From NCBI RefSeq assembly GCF_009914755.1, contig NC_060941.1: a DNA stretch of 64,000 nt, one strand, 5' to 3'. Origin of the DNA: the human T2T-CHM13v2.0 reference genome, Homo sapiens. The translations under genes were made by a program, and so were the position numbers. This document shows positions 63,906-64,000 of this stretch, one piece after another (position 1 is the stretch's first letter; each line of letters starts with the position of its first letter). The notes beneath the pieces are model-generated. The model had not been told where the DNA came from, ran no database searches, and saw only the letters and a program-made list of their open reading frames with translations.

Positions 63906-64000
63906 GAGAGAGAAAAAAGTTGATATTTTCTTCATAGATAGCTCCATGGTTCTCAAACATTTTGGTCTCAAAACCCCTTTAGACTCTTAACAATTACTGA

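Overview
Human (primate) genomic DNA from the posterior end of the HOXB cluster (17q21.3), with Hox genes on the minus strand. The first ~35 kb is CpG-island-rich and nearly transposon-free. It holds HOXB8 (2 coding exons, 243 aa, with the near-perfect miR-196 cleavage site in its 3'UTR), HOXB9 (2 coding exons, 250 aa) and the MIR196A1 hairpin. The last ~28.5 kb, heading toward HOXB13 (outside the window), is dense in Alu/L1/LTR repeats and includes a complete, decayed ERVL provirus with both LTRs and a 5-bp TSD. Main finding: about 4 kb upstream of MIR196A1, exactly where a paralog-group-10 gene should sit, 24084-25090 (-) looks like a decayed two-exon HOXB10 gene. It has group-10 N-terminal motifs (SSPAAGSF/LVVESL, SCS*..ISEE, NP..VP/YIRL), an intact phase-1 94-nt GT-AG intron and a frameshifted homeobox (LF.....T..RRLEV...LGLT.R, SCFPSR for IWFQNR). 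Comparisons with HOXA10/C10/D10 and all repeat-family names are from memory and need database confirmation.
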